A DNA stretch of 64,000 nucleotides from the human T2T-CHM13v2.0 reference genome, Homo sapiens (GCF_009914755.1 NC_060926.1); one strand, 5' to 3'; counted from the stretch's first letter, positions 1 to 13,659 are shown. The notes: generated by a model not told the origin, from the letters alone. Numbers and translations are program-made.

Positions 1-1318
1 CTGCTACCATAGATAATGCACTTATTTCGAAAGTATTTGAAATAATTGAACTATTTTTGCCAACAGTAAGTATTGCTCATCTTATTAATATTAGATATTC
101 TCATGGGAGTAAAATGATATCTCATTATTGTTTTCATTTGTAGTTTTCTAACATGAATGAGGTGGGGCTATTCATATGTTTATTAGTCATTTTGATATCA
201 TCTTTATGAAATGCCAACTTAAGTATTTCATCTTTAAAAAAAATTATCTGACCTGACTATTCCTTGTCAATAATTGAGAGTTATATGTTCTGGATGCAAG
301 TCTTTTTTGTTATGTATATATATTTCTGTTGCTAATATTTTCAATCACTCTCTAGTTTTTAAAATCTCTTATTGGTGTCTTTTGATGAATTGAATTTATT
401 AATTCTAATACAACCTTGTTTACCAAACTCTTCATTATGATCAATGGGATGTGTATCTTATTAAAAAATAGTTGTATATCCTCAAGACTTTGAAGATATT
501 TTCCTATGGTATTTTCAAGAAGTTTTATGATTATTCACTTGCATAATTAAATCTGTATTTAACCAGAGTTAATTTGTGTATGGTATGAGTCAGGTTCAAG
601 ATTTATTTTTCCCATAAGAATATCAAATTGACCTAGTAACACCCATTAAGAAAACTATCAAAGCTTTGCCCACTACACTGCAGTGTCAATTTTGTGATAA
701 ATTAATTGGCCATATATATTTAGGAATATATTTCTGGACTCCTTATTCTATTCCATTGGTCTTTTTGTATACACTTAAGCTAATATTAAGTTATCTTAAA
801 TATCATTTATTTTTATCTGGAAATGAAATTCATGAAATGTCCTTCATGATTGCCTTAGTTACTTTTGACCATATACATTTCAATATAAATGTTAGGGTCA
901 TCTTTAGAAGTGTTCGAAAAAATTAAACTACTGTAAATACACTTGCTAGAGTTTTTATTGGTATTGTATTTAAAAAGTGACTATAGAGAGAATTAACATC
1001 TTTATAATATTCACTGAACTCATGTGCCACAGTCTTGCATATATTTTGGTAAATATATTTGTAGACGTTTCATATTTCTTAGTAATACTCTGAATAGGAC
1101 TTAAAAATATTTCAACTAATTTCTTATTGAAATAGAGAAATGCAATTGATTTTTTTGGACATTAGCTGTGTATCCACTGAGTTTACTAAATTCACTGAAG
1201 ACATAGGTTATAGACTTGAAAAATGTTATTTATATACAATAATGCCATCTGCAAAAGTTCACATTTTTATTTTATTTTTTCAAAATTATACATGTCTCTT
1301 GTCAATTACACTGAATAG

Positions 1319-1664
<346 letters not shown>

Positions 1665-1910
1665 GATTCTGAGCATTTTTGTCTTTTCCCCAATTTAATT
1701 TGGGAAAAGCCATTAATATTCTAGTATAAAGAATAATGTTTGTTTTACTTAGATACCATTTATTAATGGTATTTATTAATTCATCAAATGGTATCATTAG
1801 TAAAGATATTCTAAGATACCTTTCTCCCTCAGTTTACTAAAACATATTTTTTGTTTTTTAAAATTAAATTGTAGATGTGCGATGAATGTTTTTCATTTAC
1901 TTTCCATTGT

Positions 1911-1983
1911 CTTTCTATCTTTCTCCTTCTGTCTCTTACTTTCTCCTTCTCCTTCTCCTAACCTCTTCTTCTCCTCTCCCTCC
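1911..1983. repeat. CT-rich low-complexity tract
   Basis: ctttctatctttctccttct...ctcctctccctcc. Confidence 0.7.
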
Positions 1984-3059
1984 AGCCACTGTATCTATTG
2001 AAAAGATAGTATAATTTATCTCCTCTCATTGTTCATGTGGTAGATTACATGGATGTTTGTTTATAAAGTTAAATTAACCTAATATTCCCATCTTGATGAT
2101 GATATATTTTTCTTTATTTATAGATCCCTGAATTCGATTTTGAATATTTCCGGGATTAGTTTTGAATATTTTGTTTCAAATATTTGTTTTGGAGTTTTTC
2201 ATCTATCTTAGTGAGATCAAAGTGTAATTTTCTTATTCGTTAATGTTCTGGAGAGTTTAAAAGCATCTCATAAAATGAGTTTCAAAAGACTATCCTTTTG
2301 CTATTGTCTTCAAAAAGTATAAGATTCATGATATTTCTTTCTTAAATCTTGAGAAGAATTCACCAGTAAAGCTATTTGAGCTTACATTGGTTATTTTGGG
2401 GAAAATTTTTAATTACCAATTTAATTTATTTAATAAATGTGGTTTCTCTATATTTTTTATTTCTTCTTTTGTCAGTTTTGGCACATAATTTTTCTAGGAG
2501 TATATCTATTTTATGTAAATTGTCAGACTTATTGGCATAGAGATTTTAATAATATTTTCCTTTTATCATTTTAGTAACTGCAGGATCTGTAATGAGAGCC
2601 TCTTTTGCATCCTGATATTAGTAATTTATCCCTTCTCTTATTTTTATTTAATAGTCTGAATATTATTTTCTCAACTTATTAGATTTCAGAGAACTAATGA
2701 CAGCTCTGTTAGAATTCCTCTTTTGCATATTGCATTAGAGCTTTGTTCTGCAGTTGTGCTTTTGCCTCATTTTCCTTTCACTTTCTTTGGATTCAATTTG
2801 TTATTAATTTTCTAATTTATTGAGGTGGATATTTTGATTATTGAGATAAAAGCCTTTCTTCTTCCAAGCATATGTATTGAAGGATAAGCATTCCCTTGCA
2901 GGTAGGACTTTATTTGTATCTCACAAACTTAATATGTTGCATTTTATTATTATTATATATTATTCAGTTAAAAGTATCTCAAAAATTTTATCTTGATTCT
3001 TTCCTAGATCTACGTGCTATTTAAAAGTTACCAAATATTTGTAGAATTCATTAAGTGCC

Positions 3060-3424
3060 TGTATTAGTCCGTTTTCACACTGCTGATGAAGGCATACCTG
3101 AGACTGGGAAGAAAAAGAGATTTAATGGACTTACAGTTCCACATGGCTGGGGAAGCCTCACAATCATGGCAGAAGGCAAGGAGGAGCAAGTCACATCTTA
3201 CATGGATGGTGGCAGGCAAAGAGAGAGAGAGCTTGTGCAGGGGAACTCCCATTTTTTAAAACCATCATATCTCGTGAGACTTATTCACTATACGAGAACA
3301 GCATGGGAAAGACCTGCCCCCATGATTCTATTACCTCCTACTGGGTCCCTTCGACAACACATGGGAATTGTGGGAGTTACAATTCAAGACAAGATTTGGG
3401 TGGGGACACAGCCAAACCATATCA
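3060..3424 (-). mobile_element. THE1B/C solo LTR (ERVL-MaLR)
   Basis: tgtattagtccgttttcacactgctg...acagccaaaccatatca is the reverse complement of the THE1 LTR. Perfect 5-bp TSD gtgcc at 3055-3059 and 3425-3429. Confidence 0.95.
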
Positions 3425-3759
3425 GTGCCTTTTTACTCTTGTTTAATCTTGCTCTTGTAAGAGAATATGCCTCCATATAATTTTCATCCTTGTATATCTA
3501 ATAAATTTTGCTTGTTTTGTCAATATTATGGTCAATTTTTAGAAAGAGTCCATGTTCAACTGAAAAAACGATAGGCTGCAATCGTTGGTTGCAGTGTTCC
3601 ACGTATGTTGATTAGGTCCATTTCATGAATTATGTTATATGTGTCCTCTATATCTCCATAGATTTGCTCCTGTGATTCTGCCAGTGAATTAGAAAAATGT
3701 GTCAAAATCCTTCACAATGTTGTTAAATTACCTTTGTCCTTTTATTCCTCCATTTGATT

Positions 3760-4750
3760 GATATATCTATAAATATATAGATAGCTACATATAGATATTA
3801 ATATATTAGATATCTATATCTACATAATATATATTTTTAATGTAAATTATCAGACTTACTGGCATAGACTTTTCAATAATATTTTCCTACTATCATTTTA
3901 GTAACTGCAGGATCTGTAATGATAGCCTCTTTTGCATCCTGATCATTAGTAATTTATGCCTTCTCTTCTTTTATTCAGTAGTCTCAATATGATTTTCTCA
4001 GCTTACTGAGAAACAAGCAAAACTCTGTGTTTTGATTAGGTCCATTTCATGAATTATGTTATTTGTGTCCTCTATATCTTTACTAATTTTCTCCTGTGAT
4101 TCTGCCAGTTAGTTAGAACAATGTGTCAAAATTTTACAGGGAGATATTCTCTGACAATATATATATCTTTTTATATATATATAAATGTATAGATCTATAT
4201 CTTTACAGGTATTTATAGATCTCTATCTAGATATACATATAGATATTTATATAGATATATCTTATCTCCCTATCCAAAAGCTCTGAACAATTTCTATATA
4301 GATATTTATATCTATATATCTAGGTATACATATAGATATCTATGTATACAGATATATAGATATTTATAGATATACATTTATAGATATATATTTGTTTTTA
4401 TAGGTCTATAAATATATATCTATAAATATCTATGTATCTACATATTATATTTATATAATGTCTGTATATAGAAAGATATATGGATGTTATATCTATATTT
4501 TATTAATAATATTATAATATAAATAGAATACTATAAATATGATATAAATATTATATATAAATATAAATATAATAGATATTTATTTTCTTATAAATATAAA
4601 TAGAATAGAATATTATAAATATAATTATAAATATAAAGCTATATATTTACTATATTTATATTATACCTATATCTATATTAGATATATCCACTATCTATAT
4701 TATATTTTATCTATATTATATAGATGCATATAAAATACAGATATATATTT
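3760..4750. repeat. TA-rich low-complexity insertion containing locally duplicated segments
   Basis: (TA/TATC/TAGA)-rich blocks at 3760-3840 and 4158-4750. Internal copies of 2514-2683, 3608-3708 and 6568-6603 (see findings). Confidence 0.9.
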
Positions 4751-7109
4751 AACCTGTGTTATCAGTGTATACAAAGTAAGAATTATTATCTTTTCCTGGT
4801 GATTGAACCATGAATATACTAGTATTGCATCTTTCTTTAAAGTCTAGTCAGTTTTATATCAATATTTCTAATTAATGTCATACCAGGTTTCTTAGGGACA
4901 GGGATTTTAGGGTCTTTTTTTTTTTACATTTAAAGTGTTGATCTCATAAACAGTATATAGTTGTTGTCAATCCAGTCCGATAAGTTTTAATTCTAATTTT
5001 GAATTATTTAGCTCATTGGCATTTAATTAATTACATATTTCTGTTTAAGTCTAATATCTTATTATTAGTTTTGTATTTGTCCTGTCTGTACTCTATTGCT
5101 TTTTGGCCACTTCTTTCCTTTTCTGTTTTGATTACTCACTTATTTACTTTTTTATCATTCCTTTTTCTCTCTTTGTAAGTTTTTCATTATACAGTTTCTT
5201 GTTTTGTTAGCTATCTTAAAACATCAGCATGTATATTTGAAATATTATAGTATGCCTTAAATTAGAATTATTTTCCAATTTCAGGACAGTGCAAAGACTT
5301 TAACAGTACATTAATGCAATTTATCTCCTTTTGTCATTTGTGGATTTTGAGAATTTATTTTAATAGTATATATATTAAACCACATAAGACATTTTTCCAT
5401 AGTACATATTCATGTAGATTTACCGTAACTTTTTGTTCTCTATTTCTTCTTGTATTTCGATGTTTCCATCTGTGATAATTTTTCTTCTGCTTGAAGAATT
5501 CTTTCTGTCATTTTTTCAGGTCTGCTGTTTGAAAAGTCCTTCTTTCACTGAAAATAATTTTATTTCATTTTTGAAGGATGATATTTTAGCTGGCTATAGA
5601 ATTCTAGGTTAAATTATATTATTTTAGATTTTTGAAAAAATCGTTATATCATCTTCTAAATTTAGTTTTTGAGTTGAGAAGTTCGTTATTATCCTTATTG
5701 TTGCTCTTTTGAAAGTGATTTGTTTTTTCCCTCCTCTGGAAGTTTTTAGTATGTATTTGGATTTCAACTGCTTTGCTATGATTTGTATCTTTTATAATCG
5801 TGTTTCAGATTTGTAGCGTTTCTAGAATCTATTTTTAATTATTTAATTGTTTCTGAAAATTTTTCCAAATCATCCCTGAAAAATTACTCTGTTGCATTTG
5901 CCTCTAATTTTTTCCTGGAACTTCAGGAACATGTATATTTTCATGCTCTATGAATTTGTTCCTTTTTTAATATTTCCCACGAGTTTTTCTCTATGCGTTT
6001 CAGTGTATATGCTCTACTAAACTATATATGAGTTAACTAATCCTAATCAGTAGTGTTCTATCTACTATTAAACTCATTTTTTTCAGTTTACACTCTTCCT
6101 TCTTTATATGTGTTCCATTTTCCTTTTCAAAGTTTACATCTAGTCACACATTTTTATTGTATTAATCACAGAATTTTTATCATCTGTATTTCATAAGAGT
6201 AGTTCTTGGATCATCTGTACATCTATTTCTATTGTCTCTTTTTTTTTCTTTTGTTTTTGGTCCTATCTCCATTAATTTTTTAATAAAATTTTGTAGAAAA
6301 ACTTTATATTAAATATAGCAAAGGTTGAAAATAACGTTTTCCTTCCCTAGAAAACATTTACTTTTGCTTCTCAAGCCTGTTAGAGTAGAAATATTTTACT
6401 TTAATCCGGTTTGTGACTGAGCTGATTTGACAGTGAATTTTCATCTTTGTGAGTGCTGGTTCATTTTAAAGCTAGCCTTACCTTTAGGGTGTAGCTCTTC
6501 AGTGATCGCAAGCAAAAGTCTACATTGTTTTCAGTTCCTTCCCCATCGATAGCCCCTGGACTCTAATTCTTGTCTCCCTAGTCAAAAGCTCTGATCAATT
6601 TCTTACCACCGCTTATAAACAGGTACATGCTATGAAATAAAAAGCAGTATAGATGTTGCACTCTTGTCCCTCTGGAATCCTGATTTCTCAATCTTGACTA
6701 TAATGACAGATCTGAAATATATTCTTTTCTCAACGCCATGGGACTACCAGAAGCTTTGCTCAGCATCTTTGCTGCTATTCTATCTTAGATTCTCAGTCTG
6801 AGAAGTAAATGCCTCCAGAGAAAATGCAGAGCAGAATGTTAATTCACTTTAATGCATTTTCCATTCAGAGACCTTGGCCCCTAAAGCCTTGGCTGCCTAC
6901 GTGACTCTCCGATTCCATATTTTACCAGATTTTCTAGTTATTCTTGGCAGGAGAGTTGGTTACATCTAAGCCACAGTTTAATACTTTTTTGTGCCAGAAG
7001 TAGATTCTAAATTTTAGAGTCACAAGTGAGCTTAGAGATTAATGGCTTCTATGCCCTTTGTGAACTTCTAACCCATATTTTTCCAATATCATTCAGCTCT
7101 GACATGAGC

Positions 7110-7290
7110 ACTGTAATGGTAGAAAACATAATTAGGTTCAAATCCTAGTTCTGTAATTTACTAGCGACGCTACCTTTGACTTATTATCTAATTAAGAATC
7201 AGTTTTCTCATCTGTAATTTAGGGATAATACAAAGGACCTACCACATAATGCTGCTTTAAGAATTAAATGTAAAAATGCACATAAACTGA
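7110..7290 (+). mobile_element. MIR SINE
   Basis: ggttcaaatcctagttctg...cagttttctcatctgtaatttagggataata...aagaattaaatg matches the MIR core. Confidence 0.75.
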
Positions 7291-7363
7291 TTTAGAAATC
7301 AGCTTCATGAACATCCTGGTATAAACTTTTGATCTCTGATTTTATGATTTTACTTGAGCATTA

Positions 7364-7504
7364 CAGTGTTGTGAATTTCAGATAACCAACGAATATATTT
7401 TTAGTATAATTGCACAATATTCAGGACATATTTACACCTCCCAAAAATCATTTATCTAAATTTCAAATTTAACTGGGCGTCCTATATTTTATCTGACAAC
7501 CTTA
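7364..7504. mobile_element. MER53 (hAT-type, palindromic DNA transposon), internally deleted
   Basis: tgaatttcagataaccaacgaat...ttcaaatttaactgggcgtcctatatttttatctgacaacctta matches the remembered MER53 arms. Confidence 0.8.
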
Positions 7505-8374
7505 TGTTAATTTAAACTGGAATTGTCTTTTTCATTTCCACCCATATGTCTAACTACAACCCCCACCCATCTTCCCTTGTTTCTACTCAAGTCTTTCTTT
7601 TCCTATGATTCAAAGACTTTGTAACATCTCCCTCCCCCCAGCCAATAAAAGGTATAAAAAGTCATTAAGAATGTTTTATGTTGATTACATGCTAGATGAT
7701 TAAATTAATTGTAGGTCTATTTATTTTCTTTTTCATATAACTACAGAAAATACAAAAATTGTGCACACCGCTTACATCATATTTCTATAAGGCAGTGCTG
7801 TTCTGGAACACCCTAGGCTCCTTCGTATAGGCTTTTGAGCATGAATCCTTACAGCCTGATGAAATTTAGACCATTTATGAATACAAAGATGAAATTGGTA
7901 TATCTATGAAGCAGCCCCTTAAGTCTCCCCAAAAGAATTATTCTCTCCCTATCTCTGTTCCTAGAGTATATTATAACTATGCCTACTAAACACATTATTA
8001 TAGGTGGATAATCAGAGTATAGTTTGTTTCCACCACTAGGGTGAGATTCTCTAAATAAATGAATAAATGCTTTAATGATGCTGATTAATTAGTGGATTAT
8101 GTAAGTGAATTGTCTGTTACCTTTGGCTCAATATTTGGAAAATTCATTTGATTAATAAATGCTTCCATTTATCTTATGAAAGAATATTCTGCTTTACCCC
8201 TCTCTTTTCCTTTTGACTCTATAACCTCTTGCATTGTCTTAAAATAGATTCTGACCTGGATGATTGAAACATTTCCCTTCTGTACTTGCTTTCTGTCCCC
8301 GGAACTAGTCTTCTGTGCTTTGAATGTTATCTTCTTCATTTTATTTTTGTTCCTTGCCGGAATTTTCTTTTACT

Positions 8375-8376
<2 letters not shown>

Positions 8377-8437
<61 letters not shown>

Positions 8438-8713
8438 GGAGTCTCACTTTGCTGCCCAAGCTGGAGTGCAGTGGCATGATCTCGGCTCACTGCAACCTCT
8501 GCATCCTTGGTTTAAGTGATTCTCGTGCCTCAGCCTCCTGAGTAACAGGGATTACAGACATGTGCCACCACACCTGCCCAATTTTTGTATTTTTAGTAGA
8601 GATGAGGTTTCACCATGTTTGCTAAGCTGATCTCGATCTCCTGACCTCAAGTGATCCACCCACATCAACCCCACAAAGTGTTTGGATTAAGGCCTGAGCC
8701 ACCATGCCCGGCC
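8377..8713 (-). mobile_element. AluS (Sx/Sz-like) whose tail has become T30+(GT)15
   Basis: T run 8377-8406, GT repeat 8407-8436, then tggagtctcactttgctgcccaagctgg...gagccaccatgcccggcc. Confidence 0.95.
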
Positions 8714-9369
8714 ATCCTCAATTTTCGCAGGCACTTTCCTGTGCCTTGTGCCTAAGGCCCCTGCTCAGTGGAGTTCATCAAAATACCCCTTTTCACGTAG
8801 CTGGTTCCTCATGCTTAGATGATCTAAATTACACAAGATTAAGTTGTCCTTCTATTACTTTTATCTGCTGGGCTGCAACTCCCAGACTATATTCTCTTAT
8901 CCTCCCTGCCTCTGACTCCTTGATCAACATAGAAGTTCACACACACACACACATTTTTAACTTCAAATCTATGAGACATACCTATTTTAGTAATCATCTA
9001 AAGGGCCATAAATTTAAATTATTTCATAGAGAAACTTTCAATTATTTAAATTATTTCATAGAGAATTTTAGCTTTGTGGATTTAATTTAACTTATATTTG
9101 TTTTCTCATATTTGGGACATTTGTCTAATAGAAGTACTTTAAAAGTCAGGTGGAATAATACATAATGAATTTTTGTTAGTAAAGCCAATGAATGAAAATC
9201 ATGAGAAATTAATTTGTAAGTAAAAAGTGCATTTAAAATGTTCAATTATTTGTTTATGTTTCAATAGGCAAGGTTTTTTTGTCTTTATGGTTTTTTATTT
9301 TAAAATGAGATTCTTCCACATCTTTATGGGTGGGGACTAGGGGATAGGGATGCAAATATATCTACAAAA

Positions 9370-9830
9370 ATAAGACCTAGTTCTTGTATTCTGCAAGATA
9401 ATAATTCATTTGATGAGATAAGATATTAAGCAAATAAAAATGAAATATCACCATGTGGAATGGAATGGGCGTTATGAAAAATAGTGCTCTGACCACAAAT
9501 AAGGGTAGAAAATGAAGCCTCATCTAGCAGGAACTATTCAGAAAGGCTTTGTGGAGGATGAGGGGCTTCAGTGGGGTGTTTCTGTAACTAAGGGTGAAGA
9601 TGGCATTCTAAGAAGGGAAATAGCACACAAAAGAGGCAGGGAAGCCATTGAGGACAACACATATCTGGGAGCAGGCAAGAGTAAGGTATGAGTTGGGTGT
9701 GTGCAAGGACGGGAAGGACCTAGAGACAGAATTAGGGAGCTGCTGAGAATGCAAGGTCTCGGAGTTTGAACTTGATCCTGTGTGCAGGCAGTGGAGAACT
9801 GCTGGAGAATATTGATCAGGGATGGGATAC
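9370..9830 (-). mobile_element. L2 LINE fragment
   Basis: Purine-rich 'tcagaaaggctttgtggagga', 'ggcattctaagaagggaaatagcac', 'ggagtttgaacttgatcctg' are typical of antisense L2. Confidence 0.6.
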
Positions 9831-11509
9831 AAGGAGAAGGAGTGTAAGAGGAACCGCCGGGAGGGAGACACAGCTTGGAGGGAGCTGAGGGCAGCTTACC
9901 CATGTGGTAAGTGATTCAAAGAACAAGTGCCAGCACTGTGTCTGGACACACTGAAGACTTATTAATCTCAAAATGTATTGTGCTCAGATTTGTTGAACAG
10001 ACATAAGTTGAATTAGTAATCAATAATTAATCTGAAAAATCAACAGTTGAATGGAAAATATTCGGCACAATATTCCAGCACTATTTTTGGAGGAGATGAA
10101 TGAAAGAATACGAGAGTGGCTCTACATGACTATTTGGTATCTGAAACTTCAAAAATGTTTTTGTATAAAGACTGGATATTCAATATACAGATTCCATCTT
10201 ATTTGAGAGCATTTTATTCCCTTGAATGTGAATTGAAGGTGGCCAAAGCTGCAGGCAAAAACTAGAGGTTTTATCTAGAGAGACTACATTCATAGGTAAA
10301 GAGTTCTATATCAAATGAAAGTAGGTAGAGCATCGAACCTTTAAAAATTTCCTGGTGTTATATAAATTCAGTCGGCTGATTTCACAAGTTTCAGAAAATC
10401 AGTGGAACCAAAGGGTTCTTGTCCCGATCAAAACTCAGGTCAGCTTCTGGTTCCCTAGGAACTACAAGTAGATACACTGTCCAGGCCTGCTTGGTATTTC
10501 ACGCATGTTAGGCAGCCAGGAAGCAGTTAAAAGCGCTGTCCACTGGCTTACAGTTAGTGTGGATATCTTATCACTGTTTTGGCCCTTTTTTCCTATTGTG
10601 AAAAAAGGCACAGGGCATTTCATTATGTTAATGGGGCATCAGAGACACAAATAAAAAAAAGCACTTGGTTCATACTGAGTACCTGTGAGAAGAGAATATT
10701 TTTAAATATCTGTAGGTGGTTCACTAACACAGGTAATTGAGTTTCAACATATTTCTCCTTTGAGCCCTTCTCCTGGATGTTCTGTCATCCTGTTAAGTAA
10801 GGTGGGAAATAAGAAGTGAAACCTTTTAAGGAAGTATTACCTTCCTTAGCTTGATCCTCTAAAAAAGTACTTTGTTAACTTGCTTAATGCTCCCTTTTAT
10901 AGAAATCTCTTTTTTTTTAACTCAAAAAGAAGCAAACCTCATTTTTAGAGAAATGGCAAAGGTGTTAACACTCCCACTTAAAGTAAGTGACATGGATATT
11001 CCACAAAAGACCTGAGTGCTTGCTCAATGCAGTGTTCACGGCGATGATACAAGTGCCCCTCCGCGTGCATTAGGAGGACAAATAGCTCTCTGGGTAATTC
11101 TAAACATGTGTAAGTTATAACTTTCCCTCCTGAAGAAAGATTTTCTTCCCTCTCTTTATTGTAATCATATGCCTTTCAGTGTGGACTTTCATCTACATTA
11201 AGAATAGTTGGCATTAAGGGATGCATTTAAAATAAGGGTTTTTTTTTCTTGTTCTTTTCTTGATTTAACAAATCTGTAGATGTTCTTCGTCAAAAAAAAG
11301 GGGGCGGGGATCGAGGATACGGGAATATGGATGGGATCCCGGGCTCCAGGTACTGCCACAGTCTCTTGGTTTTATTTCCTAGTACTTGTTTTTTCTCATA
11401 TCTTCCAGTGATCAGGGTAGTTACAAAAGGTGAGCCTTCAATGCTATTAATGCACCAGAAGTCATGTTTTACCATAGAATGGAATTAGACATAAGATGTG
11501 GTGGATCTG

Positions 11510-11796
11510 GGCCGGGTGCGGTGGTTCTAGGCGGAGGCGGGCGGATCACGAGGTCAGGAGATCCAGACCATCTTGGCTAACACGGTGAAACCCCGCCTCT
11601 ACTAAAAAAAAAATACAAAAAAATTAGCAGGGCATGGTGGCGGGCGCCTGTAGTCTCAGCTACTCGGGAGGCTGAAGCAGGAGAATGGCGTGAACCCGGG
11701 AGGCTGAGCTTACAGTGAGCCTAGATCGCGCCACTGCACTCCAGCCTGGGCGGCAGACTGAGACTCCGTCTCACAGACAAAAAAAAAAAAAAAAAA
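11510..11796 (+). mobile_element. AluY with ~25 nt deletion in the left monomer
   Basis: AluY diagnostics ggatcacgaggtcaggagatc, ggctaacacggtgaaa, gagaatggcgtgaacccggg. A-tail to 11796. TSD gtggtggatctg (11498-11509) / gtggttgatctg (11797-11808). Confidence 0.95.
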
Positions 11797-12327
11797 GTGG
11801 TTGATCTGTCCTTTACCCTATCTAGCTCATGGGGTACAACATGAAATGCCAAAATTTTCGGAGTAGTTTAGTGCCAGACTGGAAACTAAATCTGTGCATG
11901 TATTTTTTAAATGGGGAAATGGAAGTCCTGATGATTCACCAGCTTGTTCAAAACAGGCAGAGACTAGAAGGTGGTTTCTAGGCTTAGTGACTTGGGCTAC
12001 AACAGGCTAGGTCACTATGCCACACTGCTGGGTCATCGACTAGGTGGACAGCATAGTGCAATTTTTCCACCTGGCCGTCCAACTTCGATAAGGGAAACAT
12101 TTTCTCGAGTGGACAAAGGGTTCCCTTCCATGCTAGATTTAACGTCAGATGTGCCTTGGGAAACATGCTTTAAAAAACACAGACTTTACTTTGTACATTT
12201 GGAAGAAAATATTCTATTTGGCCCCTGAAAGGTTTAGGAAAAGATATTTTCAATAAATTCATTGGCAGAGAATCCCACGTAACTCCACAGGATGGAAAAG
12301 AGATATTTTAAATAAATCTAGGCTTTC

Positions 12328-12650
12328 CATTCATTTATTAATGTAAAAATTTATTTATCCACTCATCTAATCCATATTTACAGAGCTGGTAATATAATTT
12401 GGATCAGAGCGTGCAATGGGGATGGAGTAATAAACAAAACAGTCAAAAACCCTTGCTCTGGTGAATTCATATTCTAGTAAGAGAAAGACAGACAAGAAAT
12501 GAAGCAAACAGGGAAATCCTGGAGTTCAAGGGTAGACAGTATTGCAGAGAAAAATAAAGCTAAGAAGCTGGAGAGAGTGTTCCTTGGGAACGGGGGAGGG
12601 GATGGGTAATACGTACCCCTGAATTTTACATGAAGACTTGAAGGGGAGGG
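12328..12650 (-). mobile_element. L2 3' fragment
   Basis: cattcatttatt..., 'aaacaaaacagtcaaaaacccttgctctggtgaattcatattctagt...agacagacaa' is the typical antisense L2 3' end. Confidence 0.65.
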
Positions 12651-12711
12651 CTGTTAGATGCCAGCAGATGTAAGAAGCAGATCTCATGTAGAACTCCCCA
12701 AAGCTACACGG

Positions 12712-12790
12712 TAATTTTTATTTTACCAAAGTTTAGGAATTATGAGGTTCAAAGAGGTTTGGCAACTTGTGCACGGTCACAAAGACAAGA
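12712..12790 (-). mobile_element. MIR fragment
   Basis: attttacc...tgaggttcaaagaggtttggcaacttgtgcacggtcaca. Confidence 0.55.
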
Positions 12791-13659
12791 TACAGATGCA
12801 TAAGAACTTTGCACACAGGTAGATTTTTGTTAACACAGTATCAGTAATTTCATATTCACCAAGCTCTCATTTATCACCCAATGATATGCTGTGTGTCTGT
12901 GTGGCATTGTGCAATAGAGAACCGGAAACTCCCTCTAATATGTTAAGGGAAAAAAAAGAATAAAAGATAATTCAATGCCTTTCTTTAATAGCAAAAATAA
13001 AGTACACCAAATTCGCTTTTCCTAATTCCTCTAAGAAATATTATCAAAGGCATTGCTGCAGTTGCCTGTTGCCACTGAGGCACTGAGTAATCAAACACGG
13101 AGCACACACCCTTGTTTAGCATCTCAGCATGTGGAAAATCATCCTGCACAGTCCCTCTAAAACAGAAGGTTACAGCCAATATGTCTGTGCAAGGAATGCA
13201 ATGAACAAAAAGACATCTGTTTGAGATGAGCACAATAAGGAAATAGTTCAAGAGCCACTGTATCATCCTTTGCATTGTGAAGAATCTTCACATAAATTTC
13301 CATGCCAGGTAGTTCTCAAAAAGTTCTTCAGTCCCCACAGGCGAATATCAATTTTGTGTGACTTAGTTCGGGGAGCCCTATCCTTCTACATTCCATATGC
13401 TGAAAAATCACACTTGCATGAAGACTACATCAGAAAAATAGTGCACTTTGGGATCCTTGGAGCAGCAACAGCCAATTTCTATGCCAACCAATCTTTCCTT
13501 ATCACTTGAACTTGCCTCTATCACTGTGATCATTTCCTTTCATATGTATATGTCCTCCATTAGATTCTTAAAGGGATTCATTCATTATTTAATCCATGTG
13601 GATTTTTTTCTTGCTTGTTTTCTCTTTTCTTTTTTTGAAATAAAACAAACTAAAAGCTA

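Noticed and set aside
7364-7504. MER53 hairpin as a miR-1302-family precursor
   Set aside because: The left arm is partly deleted, and the region matching the mature miRNA as I remember it (ttgggacatacttatgctaaa) is diverged here (ttcaggacatatttacacc).
9907-9912. Strong 5' splice-site matches G|GTAAGT here and at 42270-42275
   Set aside because: No convincing paired acceptor or reading frame, and such matches are expected by chance in 64 kb. Non-coding exons cannot be excluded without RNA data.
10533-10541. REST/RE1 right half-site GGACAGCGC (minus strand here, plus strand at 43698-43706)
   Set aside because: The left half TCAGCACC is absent at both sites.
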